From: Lingula anatina
Lineage: Eukaryota > Animalia > Brachiopoda
Reading direction: 5' to 3'
DNA length: 64,000 nt
NCBI GenBank assembly: GCA_051362555.1
Contig: CM120641.1
Coordinates: 7,688,001 to 7,752,000, forward strand
Below the pieces are notes generated by a model. It was given only the letters and a program-made list of their open reading frames with translations. It was not told the origin of the DNA and ran no database searches. Of this stretch, positions 51,123 to 64,000 are shown piece by piece. Made by a program: the position numbers and the translations under genes. Numbering within the stretch: position 1 is the stretch's first letter; every line of letters starts with the position of its first letter.

Positions 51123-54100
51123 TTTAGCTTGATATTTTTGGGAGGGGGCATCTTAATATATTTTCATAATGATTAGGAGGGGGGACACCTCTTTTTTTGG
51201 GACTCATTCAAATCAAAATGTATATATATGGATTGTATTTTGCCGGGTTTTAATCATTGAATTTGGGGGTAACTAGTCCTAAGATCTTTTTTGGTGAGAG
51301 TTCATTCAAGAAGGACGTTGTGTAAATTGGAAATATTTGATTAAAAAAAATTGCCCATTTAAAGTATTCCTGGTGTTCCTCAAAAATTAAATGCTGAAGA
51401 GAAATTTACTATAATGACCTTTTGGTTACGAAATTGGTGCAGAAGTTGAACCCTATAAAGTTTGGAAAGGGGGGTGGGGATTCCAAAATTTAAAGTTTAT
51501 GCATGTTGTGACTGGATATTCACTTTCAGGCTCTGGTAATGGTGTTAGCAGTTATTCCATGTATTCATATATGTGATATCATGAAAACTTTGTGTATGTC
51601 TGTTCCTTTCTTTTTATTGTTATTTTTTTAAATTCTTGTTTTATTGATTTTTTTACAGCAGTAATTTTATTTCAGCAGTTATTTTGGTTTCCATTTCATC
51701 TAGTTTTTCCCATTCAGATTTTAAGAATACACTCATATATTAAAAAGGCATTATGGTTTATTACCAAAAATGAAAAAAAGAACTGTACATCATTGCTTAT
51801 TTTTGAATAAACTAACTCTGAATTAATGTTATTCTTTGTTATGATTGAACCAGGTCCAAAGTATTATTTTCTCTCATGTAAAAGATTCATGATTATGAAT
51901 CCTTTTTCTTCACTTTTGCATTATTTGCAATCTGTTTATTGACTTTTTTTGTGCTTTCGTTGTAAACACTGAATTTGCTTTGTGTTGATAAAAGTTGAGA
52001 GGCTTAATTTTTGGTAAAAAAGTAATTCTTGTTATTAAAGAATTTCACTGTTTAAGCAAGGGATAACCAGCCCAAGTTTTATAATACCGGCGGCTTCTCC
52101 AACCTGCAAATCGCCGATATATACAATTATAAATTCTTATTTTTCTCCTCATTATTTTTATCACAATACACAAGTCGTTGGCCGATAGGACGTACGGCGA
52201 GAATGAGGATGCCACTCCAACTTTTTATTTCAAATGTTCGCATAAGTGGATGTAAAAGTCAACGTAATCATGCGTTGTAAAATGATGAAATGTATTGAAA
52301 GAACATGTTGCCGAATAATAGATGATACAGATAACCCGTACAACCAACAATCTCTTCAAAGACAAAGAAGGAAAAACCTTATGGAAATATTTTACAAAAA
52401 GCTGATAAATTTTTATTTCTCCCGCAGATGTCGCAGATCGATCAATGGTAACTTCACATCATCCCTGTTATTCATTTCACCGCATGCAAACGTGTTTCGT
52501 AGAACATGTTCTAAAACTGGGTTGACCGAACCGTTTTTTTCTTTTTTTTTTTTTTTTAAACCACTGCGTGTGGTCTCGTATCTCGGTAATTTTTACACCG
52601 ATTCCCCTTTCAATGTTTAAAACGTGACACATTTAGGTCATGTAAGGTTTATCAATTACATAAACGGCGATATATATATCGACAAAAAAGCAATGAACAA
52701 GAAATGGACAATCATTTAACATGCGCGAGAAAATTTAAGCTTACATACTTTTCACAAGTTCAGCCTAAAATGTTAGTATTGGTATATTTGTATTAGCATT
52801 TCGGATAAAATATGTATTTTGTTACAAACCAAGAATGAAATATATTATTTTGTCAAATGACCAAGAATAAATCTTACTGCACAATCATGGGATAGAACAC
52901 AAAAAGCGAACAGATTGCCCTGTGGAAACCTTTTCAAATGAAAGTAGATTGATATGTTTACCTTTCCGCCACTGGAGCAGTATCAACAATGTCTCGATTA
53001 GGAAATATTCTTTACTCAATCCGACACAGTCTTTGTATAACCAACTTTATATCAATTTGATTAATACGATTCTACTTATGAGGCGCTTAATCGGGTTTGC
53101 CGAGTACTTAATTCTGATATATACAACAAATTGTGTTTATATGAATTACGTATGTCAACATAACTTCAATAAATAAAAAGCCTTCATCAAACCGGGGGCT
53201 CTACCTTTACAATGTAACAAAGCCAACTGTGTGCTCTAATGAAATTGGATTGAAAGCAGTCCAAACACGGTTTATAATGCATATATTCACGCATAGAAAT
53301 CCGATAGTAGTCGCTTTGTAAGATTTTCCTCTATACGTTTGCCTAACAGTGAGTTTGCGAACGGCGACCGGGTTGCTAGGTTTTGTGTGACTTCATGACG
53401 GCCATTACTCAAATACCGACCATTTACTTTCCGGTGATATGAAAGTCTGCCGGTCCTTAAGAAGGCAGTCGATACTCGGCCTGGTGTGAGAGATGAGAGA
53501 AAACCATGTGGGCAACATTGTGAAGAAAAGGTAATTGTTACAGTCATTTCTTAACAATTATCATCAAAATAAGAGTGATACAAGTCTCTTGGAATATAAA
53601 ATCCACCATGCGTATTATTTCGCTGTCGGTGTAATCGTAGTGTTTTTTAAGGCACGTCAGGGTTTCCAAGGAGATTTGAATTAAGTGCAATGGGGTCAGA
53701 CGAGAGGAATCTGAGCATAGTTGTACAGCACAATGTATGTAAGCGCTTTATCAACAAGACGTTAGAAAACATTAGATGGCAATATTAGGTAAGTCATATG
53801 TCCCCGTAGGCTTACGAGTTGTCTCCCTGACGATGCACCTAGTCGAGAACGTCCAAACAACGCTATCTCTATCTGTAAACCAAGTGAGCGTGATAAATAA
53901 TAATCGATGGAAGTTTCTTAAGGTAAGGTTATGTTCTTGTGAGAGTTTCTAGCCCGTTCGAAATGTTGGATAAGTCAACAAAATCCGTGCATGACGGTAT
54001 AGGATTTCAGAGAGACGATCCTTTGGGTTTTTGTGTTGATTGAACTACTGTATTATATTCTACGCTGTAAAAAGCATTCGCAAAGTATTCATAATTTTAC

Positions 54101-54316
54101 GTTTCGGAGGCCTTGTTGACACGTTTCGGGGTAGGAAATATGGGCTTGAGAAAAAAATACTTGCTTTGATTTATGTAATGCATAACTGCCAATTTTTATT
54201 TATGACACAATATATTTTCCACATTTCAGGAAGCATGATGCCAAACGACCTACGCATGCAAAGAAAGAATTTCTAACGCCGCCTTTGCAAGGTGCACATA
54301 CTACATTCCATCGTCG

Positions 54317-55825
54317 ATGAACTCACGCAGTGTGGCTGGCATTATGACGGGGAGACACAGCGTGACAAGCGACAGCACTGCTCCAGAAAATGACAACTCT
54401 GACTCCGAACTCATCGGCATACCGGGCATGTTAGATGAACAGGAAAACCGGCAAATACGCAAAAAGCCCCACTCTAAAGAATTAGTGCGAGAAGGTGTTT
54501 GGTTGACAGATTATACCGTACCAAGGTTCAATACAAATTTACTCAGTAACAGTCTGAGTGCACGTCTGCGTCGGGCCGTGCCTGGGGAGCTTATCAACAA
54601 TGCGGTGGTCATGCACAAGATAAAGCGGGAAAACATGCGCGACATGGTCAGATTATCTGCCCTGACGAAACAACTTGAGAGTGAAATGCACAGACAGAAT
54701 TATATGCTACAAACCGAGGGACATGAAATTCTCAAAAGGCAGCAGAGACTTAGAAAAAATTCCGTAGACAGTCGACTGAAAAAGGAAAAATTGTCTTCTC
54801 AAGGTAGATCAAAATCTATAGACACCATTCGACTACCAAGTGTGTGTACTACTCCCGGAACGGCGTCAAAACCCCCAACGTCGGTGTCCCGAAATACACA
54901 AAGTGCTCCCTCAATAGATCCAGCGATAGAGCAAAATGAAATAACTAACGAACAACTGAAAGTTAGATTTCAAACCCCTGCCACGGATAGTGTTACCTCC
55001 ACTGCCTCAAGTGACGAACTGGAGGAGATGAACGTTGAAAAGGCAATCGAAGCTATCAGAATTTCTCAAAAGGAAGCATACTTAGAAAGGATGAACAGCG
55101 AGTTTAATTTTGCAAAACCCGTCCAAAGAGACCCAAGGCAGTTTATTCACACCCCACAGTACGGCGTAAGATACAGAGGAGTGGATCAAATCCACGGTCA
55201 AAAGGGAATACTGAAGCGCCCCGTTTACGTGACAAAAAGCGCACCTGCAACAATGGAGTCTCAGTTTACGAGGACCTCGGTCAGTCAAAACACAAATCGC
55301 GGCGATGGGACTATCGGGGCATTTAAGATAGATGCCGGCAGATATCTTAAATTAGCCCGGCCTTCGTTTAAATTTAACTGGCTTCCAGGTAATCAACCCA
55401 AAAAAGTTCAGGGCGTGCACCTCGACTGGCAAGTCACCTCGACGCCTAATTTAAACAGAGAGAGTTCCTTTGATTTTGCTGACAGGAAGGCCAAGAAGTC
55501 TACCATACCAGGAGAACTCAGCAAAGAGCTTCGCCCAGTAACAGCAGGTTTGAATACGTTCGGGACATCTGAAAATAAAATAAAAGCGAAAATTCTAAAG
55601 CCTGGTGACATAACCGGGACCGTTTCTAAAGTCTTACCAAGAGAACTGGATAATAAGTTGCCGATTGTTATGGCAAACAAATTGAATAATATGATTGAAC
55701 AGGAAAAGCAAGATGTGGCCGACGAGGCCAAACCGTCGAGTCGAGCCTTAGGTGCTATTTCGGAACTTTCCGTAATTTCAGAGGGCGCTGTCAGCTTTTG
55801 CGCCTCCGACGGTTCAACAACGTAA
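54317..55825 (+). CDS. Uncharacterised 502-aa protein, intronless CDS with a predicted coiled coil
   Basis: Long ORF with higher GC than its surroundings; splice acceptor TTTCAG at ~54229 and upstream donors (~53789, ~53923) suggest non-coding 5' exons; no recognised domain. Confidence 0.8.
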   Translation: MNSRSVAGIMTGRHSVTSDSTAPENDNSDSELIGIPGMLDEQENRQIRKKPHSKELVREGVWLTDYTVPRFNTNLLSNSLSARLRRAVPGELINNAVVMHKIKRENMRDMVRLSALTKQLESEMHRQNYMLQTEGHEILKRQQRLRKNSVDSRLKKEKLSSQGRSKSIDTIRLPSVCTTPGTASKPPTSVSRNTQSAPSIDPAIEQNEITNEQLKVRFQTPATDSVTSTASSDELEEMNVEKAIEAIRISQKEAYLERMNSEFNFAKPVQRDPRQFIHTPQYGVRYRGVDQIHGQKGILKRPVYVTKSAPATMESQFTRTSVSQNTNRGDGTIGAFKIDAGRYLKLARPSFKFNWLPGNQPKKVQGVHLDWQVTSTPNLNRESSFDFADRKAKKSTIPGELSKELRPVTAGLNTFGTSENKIKAKILKPGDITGTVSKVLPRELDNKLPIVMANKLNNMIEQEKQDVADEAKPSSRALGAISELSVISEGAVSFCASDGSTT

Positions 55826-56583
55826 TGAACTCCAAAACAAAATCAAAGAAAATATTGATGGGTCAAATAACCAGGGCAAAACATTTTCCGAATTATTTTT
55901 TAAAGAAAAACGTCCTGGGAAAAACACTTTTTCCAACGTATTGCACCTTTACAGATAGAGCCAACGAATCAAAACTGTCTAGTCGGGCCGCACTGCTGGA
56001 CTTATGAAGCTACCCCGCTCAATTTTAAATTTGTTTGCACTTGTTATTGTCGAAAACTTAACTAAATATTAGCAAGTGTAACATATTTGTACGCATTTTT
56101 ATATAAAGAACACTGTAACTCACGTTAGCCTATCTTGCCAAATTTTATTTACAAAACCTCTTTCACACATACGCAGAATACGCAAATCTGTTTTTAGTAA
56201 TTTTGCCGCGTTTTAACCACTTTTTAGTATTGTTGTCTTGCAGTGTTAAGGAGATCAAAATACCTGTATTTGTATTTTATAATGTTTGTACTTTAGAGTT
56301 TAATACTTGATTTTTATTTAAATCTTCAGTTATGTAATGTTCTGGAAAAATGACTGCTTGATTAACCCTGACAAATATTGCTATTTGCCAGTGACGCTCA
56401 TTATCGCTCAAAGGACAGTAACTAGTCAGAATGATGTAAGTGTAAAGATATTGATGCAAGGCGATACTTATGAATAAAACAAATCTTCACTGAATTTGAT
56501 AGTTTTTGTAAATCATACCTGCCTTGTTGTTTCTTTAGTCTGTGTTCAGCACCGCACAAATCACGGTCCTGCCTGCGGTTCCA

Positions 56584-56875
56584 GGCCTACAACTACCAGA
56601 CTCGGCACCGAATGATTCTGAATTCACCGGTAGATCGGACCACACCACCCGGTGTGCGTCAGTACGCATTTCACAGTATCATACCCCGGAACATATTTTG
56701 AGATGAGGTGCACTACTTTCCAACCCCGCTGAGAATCATCACTTTCACATCGCGTACTAGGCGCGACTGATACTCTGAAGCGCGTACTGACACACACCTT
56801 GAAAACGGGTAGTGTGGTCCGATATACCGGTGAATTCATTATCGTTCGGTGGTGAGTCTGGTAGTTGGGTAGGCC
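56584..56875. repeat. Long imperfect inverted repeat (~100-bp arms, ~86-nt spacer)
   Basis: 56584-56681 is the reverse complement of 56768-56875, with about 10 substitutions and two indels by manual alignment. Confidence 0.9.
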
Positions 56876-58165
56876 CGAGTTCAGGGACGACTGCTTTCCA
56901 AGATTGGTCAAGGAGGGTTTCACGAACGCCAACAGTTTCCCTATCTTTGGCCGCCACTTATCACTTGATAAAGTTATTCCATGAGTGTAGTGGAAATCAA
57001 AGTTATTACCTTATAATTATTAAAAGAAGTCCTATTTTGATGATTATCAATTTTATACACTTGCTGGTGTTGGAAGGTAGGCGGACTGTCCCCATGTCAG
57101 TCCACGCAAAATAAAATTGCACAAACTAAAGAATTGATCATTATCACTTTGACTGGCTTCTAATGTGTTAAAGGGCAGAGTTTAGTCTTCAAATATAGCA
57201 GTCATACTCATTTAAATGTTCGAAATTGGTCGCAAAAACGTTTCTGGAAGCCTTCGATAAGGTTCGTCGTAAAGTTGACAAATTATTCGCCCGTTTCTCG
57301 CAATATTTCACGTGAAAAGGGAAATATTGACAAGTAAACAAAAATATTTACTTTTTACTAGAAATGCACCTCAGAATGTACATAATACAAGAACAGACTC
57401 CGGACCTAAACTTATTACAGACCAATTGCCGAAAAGCGCGCGAAACGTTTATTATTATTATTATTTGTTTATAAAGAAATCACAGGCAGGAGAAATGGAA
57501 AACGAAAAGCAATTAAAAACATCACTACGAATAAACAATACAACAGTGCCGTAAACGGAAATCGTCTCCCCTTCCCACGATTTTTTAATGCATTTGAAGT
57601 AGTTGTATTACTGACAAGGCCCTACCACAAGAGCATTTCCCCTGGCACTTGAATAAATCATATATATTTCATTGCGCTTAAAATTGGTTTCTATGGATGA
57701 AAAACAAATCAAGAGTTGATATATTTGACGTCGAATAACAAGAGAAAATATTGACTTGCTTCTTTATTACACTGCAAAGATACTTTTCACTAGACAAGAA
57801 AAACAATGACTATGCAAACAAAACCTGGAGAATTATTATAACAGGCGAGTAATAACAAATGAATATAAAGCAATAACTGATCGACGAATGTTATGCTCAG
57901 CATGATTGTATAAAACAAAAGTTTATGGACATGTGCCAAACCAACACCACTGCTTGGCAATACAAATCAAAATGTGGCACTAGTTCTTGGAATAAATGTC
58001 AGTTGAGCGGCAGTAAAGCAGGTCGGCCATTGAAGTCTTTGCATTCAGGTGAAATTAATTTGAATGACAGAAACTGTAGCCTAATAATCCCACTTCAAAT
58101 ATGGAAATATTGTTCACAGGCCGTGGTCCTTGTATCAGAGGCTGCCGAAATTATCCATCCTTTTG

Positions 58166-59681
58166 TTATCTTGTATTTACCTGAAGTTAAAGAACATGTC
58201 AAAATTTAGAAATTGTGTAGGAAAATGGCATCAGAGTTACCCAGAGTATAAAATATGATATAACACAACACCATAATTTGATTTATTAGTATAAGTCAAA
58301 CCAAGTCAAACAGTAAAGACTTGGGCCATGAAGAATGTGGTACTTCTGTATATTATAATTCTTACTACACAACTTGATATATTCATCCTGTTAGTACTGC
58401 TAATGCCTCTCTCATTCTGAAATATTTTCATAGTAATATACATCATTTTTGAGTTCTACTTACAATGTCATCAATCTTCATTATGCTCCTGACCGTCTCA
58501 GCAGCTAATGTCACTGCACTGGTGGACACCAGCAGAGGCTGAACTACATTCTCTTCAAGGATGTTAGTTATACAACCCTAAGAACAAAACCAATGAACTT
58601 AGTAATACAATCCAAGTAAAGAATTTGGATTTATTATCCTTTTCCCCAACAATTTTTGCAAAACTTGGAATCATATAATTCCAGCAAGTGGTACTGGGCA
58701 TACTCAGATTACAGGGTATCTTATGGAAGAAAGGCTTTTTTACCAAAACTCCTGTCCACTGATCACTGTCAGTTACTGATGATGCATTTGTTACATCAAA
58801 AAACTACAATAACACCCTTATGTGAACATACCTTTCTGACATTTATCCCAGCTGTCTTCTCGCCCTGTGCATGCCTATTCCTGAGCTCTGTGACTGTGGC
58901 AATGGGATTGAGACCTGCATTTTCAGCAAGAGTGAAGGGAACAATCTCCAGGGCGTCAGCAAATGCTCTGAAGCAGTACTGTTCCATGCCAGTGAGGGTG
59001 TGGGAGTACTCTCTCAACCTCAGAGACAACTCAATCTCCGGGGCTCCACCACCAGCTATAAGGGCTCTGGAAGCAAATAGTAGAAAAAACATTGTATTAC
59101 AAGGGCAACTACTACTTTCTACAATTCCCAGTACACACATTCCCAGTATACATCTTTTCAAATTTGCCATCTTCAGAGAGATTAAAAAGCACACAAGATG
59201 CTGCAGGATGGTAACCTTTGTTTTGAAGCATTTTTACTTAGCTTAAATTTTAACAAGGGTGTAGCAATTAACTTATTATTCAAATCGTTAACGATCAATT
59301 GAGAATTAAATTAAATTAATTAATTAACTGCTTCAATTAAACCCGACAATTGTTATGAACTGAGCAATTTACATACCTCTTCTTCACTAAACATCTTATG
59401 ACACAGAGAGCATCATGAATTGATCGGTCAGCCTCCTCCAAGACCAATTTGTTGGACCCTCTGACCAGAATACTGACGGACCTGCCCCCACTTTGTATGC
59501 CAGTGACCTTGTTAAAATTGTTAAAAGTAATAAATTATTCATTCTTGACTACCTTTGACAAAACACACGTCTTCACATTTGACTTTCAATTGGGAAGAAA
59601 AAAGGTGAAACAGGTCCCACCGTTCTTTCAGAGCTCTTCATTTCTACTGAATTAGACTTTCATCCCCCCCCCCCCCCCAAC

Positions 59682-59729
<48 letters not shown>

Positions 59730-62700
59730 GCACTGTTGCACTTATAAGAAACAGTTGTAGTACCTTGACTATCTTGCTGCTTCCAGTTTGGACTTCTTCC
59801 ACCAGATCTGCAGCAGCCAACATATCAGGTTGGAAATGATCGAGACTCGCAATTGGTTTGCAGCCCAAACTCTGAAAGTCAACTAGAGGATCAGAGAGGC
59901 GATACCGCCTCCGAATATTGTACCACCAGCTGGAGCAAGCGCATTCATATAGACCCCCACATATACAAAATAAGGAACACAGCCACCAGTCTTGTGCTTG
60001 ACAAGCTATAAAAATGCAATCAACAAGAATTTTCAAAATATGCAAAAAATATATATATTACTAAAAATGGTACAATCAAAGTTAAGTTCATCGCAAGGTA
60101 GGTCAAAGGTCAATTCCAAGGTCACAGTAAATTGCCAGTATATGACTTCCTATTCAACTTCAATAGTAACTATGGGCCTATCTCTGCCAGGTTTGAAGTT
60201 AAAAGAGAAAGAAATTAGCAGAGTTCAGTTCATGATAATAAGTAGGTCAAAGGTCAATTTCAAGGTCACACTTAGATTGCCAGTATATGACTTCCTATTC
60301 AACTTCAATAGTAACTATGGACCTATCTCTGCCAGTTTTGGAGATAAAGGGGAAGCAAACTATGCAAAGTTCAGTTCATGGTGAAAAGTAGGTCAAAGGT
60401 CAATTTTAAGGTCACATTTAGATTGCCAGTATATGACTTCCTATTCAAGTTCAATAGAAACTATGGACCTATCTCTGCCAGTTTTAGAGATAAAAGGAAG
60501 CAAAATTTGCAAAGTTCAGTTCATGGGGAAAAGTAGGTCAAAGGTCAATTTTAAGGTCACATTTAGATTGCCAGTATATGACTTCCTATTCAAGTTCAAT
60601 AGTAACTATGGACCTATCTCTGCCAGTTTTGGAGATAAAAGGGAAGCAAAATTTGCAAAGTTCAGTTCATGGTGAAAAGTAGGTCAAAGGTCAATTTTAA
60701 GGTCACCTTTAGATTGCCAGTATATGACTTCCTATTCAACTTCAATAGTAACTATGGACCTATCTCTGCCAGTTTTGGAGATAAAAGGGAAGCAAAATTT
60801 GCAAAGTTCAGTTCATGGTGAAAAGTAGGTCAAAGGTCAATTTTAAGGTCACATTTAGATTGCCAGTATATGACTTCCTATTCAAGTTCAATAGAAACTA
60901 TGGACCTATCTCTGCCAGTTTTGGAGATAAAAAGGAAGCAAAATTTGCAAAGTTCAGTTCATGGTGAAAAGTAGGTCAAAGGTCAATTTTTAGGTCACAT
61001 TTAGATTGCCAGTGTATGACTTCCTATTCAAGTTCAATAGTAACTATGGACCTATCTCTGCCAGTTTTGGAGATATAAGGGACTAAATGTTATAATTTTG
61101 GAGTTACCATAATGTGCCATAAATTTCCTACAAAAAAAATTAATTAAAATAAAGAAAAGGTCATTTTGGTCAAAATTCTTGAAATGGGAGGTGCTCTGAA
61201 GTTCCAGATGTTCAAATTTGATGAAATAATGTCATTTTTGACCACAAGTTGTCTGCTTTGCCAAGCCTTATGTTTTATTTTTCCGGAGTTCAAAATTTAT
61301 TATCCATTACCGTACTGCACATTTTGCTTTCACCACCAATATGTACTTTTTGATACAGCGTAACTCGAAAACCGTATGGAATACAAAAAAACGGAGACCA
61401 CTTCCAGTGTTGGGCTTTACATGCTCTACAAAATGCAAAAAAGAATGGGTGTCTAGCATTAACGGTTCCCGAATTAGAGACAGTTTTCAGTTTCGATATC
61501 TTATGGCCGCTACTCCCGTGAAAATGCACCGATTGACCCCAAATTCACGGAGATGAAAGATGACCTGAAGGGTAACACTTTCCATTAATATTATTAGTTA
61601 AGTCTGTGTGGTGTCTGAATAAGACCGCAAATAATTTTTTTTTCGGCAAAAATTTTGTTTTTTTGAAAATCATGGCCCGTTTGACCTTAAAATAAAGGTC
61701 AAAGGTCAAATCCAAGGGCATATTTGAAATCTACACATATGACTTTTGGAAAGCTGTCTGTAGAAATTTTTCCCATAATTCCTTCTGTAGGGGAGATAAT
61801 TAGCATTTAATTTTGCCATTTTTGGACAAGGGTGCATTGCAATGAGTGCCACACCTAGACCCCAATACCGACAAAGCCCAAATTTTACGTGGAACGAGTT
61901 GAGATTATAGGTGACCTAAATCCAAGAGATGGGTATGGAGGCCCTTACCGTCTAGGAGGAGAAGCGGTAACGGTGACTTGGCGGCGGAGCCGCAGGAGCC
62001 GCAGGAGCCGCAGGAGCCGGCGGAACATACGGGTCGGGACTAAAACCATGTGTACCGCCAGCGCCTACGCTGGTGGTACAATAATCAAGCATAACAATAT
62101 TGTCTCATTTATTATCATTGTTCTGATTCCCAAATTTTCAAAGTTCAATTTTCCTTTAATGATACAAAGTGTTACTTCCTACTAGATAAGATATAATTTT
62201 TCACATCCATGACTCACAAAACTTTTAACTGGTAAATTTTGTTAACACACTCACCTTGCAATAAAACTCTATGTCTTCCCTTTCTATATCTTTTATCACC
62301 AAGATTTTCATTTTGGCCAGAAAATGTAGAGCTAAATCACTTACAGCATCCCTGGAAATATAATACACATTGAAGATAACTAGTAAGAATAATGAAAAGA
62401 CATATTTAAAGACTGAAATAATTTCCATCACATTTATTTTAAAACTTAACAAGTACACATTTCAAATATATTGCATTCCACAGCAAACCAATTACATAAG
62501 TTTTGAGTGACAGATAAATTATTTACCTCAAGATGGACTTTTGTATTAGGAGGACATTACAGCCAGCTTTCTTTATCTGTTTTACAATATTGAGGATATA
62601 TGTTCTCTCTTCTTTCATTATTCTGTCCATTTGTGCATAGTCAGAAATAATCACATTGTTCTCCATCTGCAACAAATATTAGAAATTTGTTTATATAATT

Positions 62701-63812
62701 TGAAGCCCTTTTATAACTTTATTATCAAATCAATATTTCATATACTCTAACGAAAAGTGAATAGTTACACGTCTTATTTCTAAAACACTGATGTCATACA
62801 TATGGACCCAATAATTCAAATAACAGGAATCAATACATTAATGACTTACATCAGTTTTTGGTGGTGAAATACAAAACTGTATTAAACCAATCTTTGCTTT
62901 TTCCACTTTATTTGGACCCCCACTGCCAGCAGTTCTCTGTGTAAAGACAACACCATCAATGAGCTCCGTGTCATCTACTGTGCCCCTGTAAAGTATATCA
63001 ACAGATGAGATTTTATTAAATTCATATTTTATCTAACAGTAACAGCTAGGACATGAAAAGAAGACAATTTCATTATCAATTGGGATAGAATTTCAAAAAT
63101 AAAACATTTACATACTACAAAAAATTAAATTTTCTTACTCTAGACCAATCAAGCTGGGGAAAAATATCTGGACTAAATAGAACATCCCTTACAAAAATAT
63201 GTAAAACGCTCCAACTCACCCAAGCTTTTTGACAACCCTGATGTCCCTTAAGTCTACATTTGTATCTGATGCTGGGTCTACCACTTTTAAAACTGCATCC
63301 ACAGCAATTGGTGAAAGGGAACTGGAGTATTGTGATACAACCTGAAATAAAAGAAATGGTTTGCACGTTTGTCATATAACTTGTAATAAAACATTCCCAA
63401 CTTAAAGGATAATTTACACTAAAAAAGAAAAATTATGCAAAATGCATTATTCTATTTTCTTTCACAGAAAGGACCACAAGGACTAAAACTGATAATTGAA
63501 AATATCTTTTAGAGCACTTAGCAGTATAACAGTTTTTCTGGTTACTATAAAACCCGTAACACCACAAAACTACTGATAATATTTTATCTCAATCATCTAA
63601 AGATAAAGGGGTATTCTCACACATTTAGTTCATACTAAGCAAAACACCACTTCCATTTTTGCTCACCTTAGAATTGAGAGAAGTGGAGGCACTCTTAAGT
63701 AAAGAGGCACGATCACTTAGTTCTACTTTTGTTGCCATTGTGGACTCCAGAATTTCACAACATTTTACTGCTGCCGACTGAAACGCTTCAGATATAGTTG
63801 TTGGATGGATAC
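58166..63812 (-). CDS. CCT4: T-complex protein 1 subunit delta (CCT4), 3' ten exons; 5' part lies beyond the window
   Basis: [82 protein letters not shown]. Exons 63812-63667, 63341-63220, 62985-62850, 62666-62527, 62351-62255, 59871-59764, 59507-59377, 59066-58832, 58577-58464, 58180-58166. Confidence 0.96.
59664..59727. repeat. Poly-C plus (CA)n microsatellite in a CCT4 intron
   Basis: Directly visible. Confidence 0.9.
59881..62081 (-). mobile_element. Family-1 HINE copy 2 in a CCT4 intron, with ~6-7 copies of the 146-bp unit (~60097-61080)
   Basis: Colinear and highly similar to 16312-19068 from AACTAGAGGATCAGAGAGGCG to CGCTGGTGGTACAA; differs mainly in repeat copy number. Confidence 0.9.
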
Positions 63813-64000
63813 CTGACAAAAATGATCAAACACTATAATCCTCTGTAAAAACAATTTCTGAAAAAAATAAATAACACTCAATAACTAAGCTCTTTTCTTC
63901 CAAATAAGACATTATCCAATTAGCCTTTTAATTAGCCTTAGCCTTAATTAGCCTTAATTTTAAACTGCTGCTCAGAACATTCTACATGGATTCCATTAAA

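Noticed and set aside
58578-58831. Possible intronic snoRNA in CCT4 (EIF3B introns also scanned)
   Set aside because: Only short hairpins; no convincing C/D or H/ACA box arrangement by eye; would need snoReport or Infernal.
63918-63960. TTAGCC(TT) repeats suggesting telomeric sequence
   Set aside because: Only four irregular copies within an intron, and not the TTAGGG/TTAGG motif.

Overview
AT-rich, intron-containing eukaryotic (metazoan invertebrate, probably lophotrochozoan; taxon is inference) genomic DNA. 1-12185 is a highly homogeneous modular tandem array (an ~810-bp module B x11 and an ~560-bp module A x7). Each intact B module carries two Pol III-type B-box elements, one of which has the size, A/B-box spacing, panhandle pairing and oligo-T terminator of a vault-RNA-like gene (unconfirmed). 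The array abuts the 3' end of an orphan two-exon Ser-rich gene. Further features: complete eIF3b (17 exons, minus), whose intron 13 holds a near-intact hAT transposon with a 5-bp TSD and a nested Helentron-type non-autonomous element; a head-to-head TRAPPC6/Pinin pair; nested non-autonomous DNA elements in Pinin introns; an orphan 502-aa ORF; a long imperfect hairpin; and the 3' ten exons of CCT4 (minus). Exon boundaries were read by eye from GT/AG signals and checked for frame; no database searches or folding programs were run.
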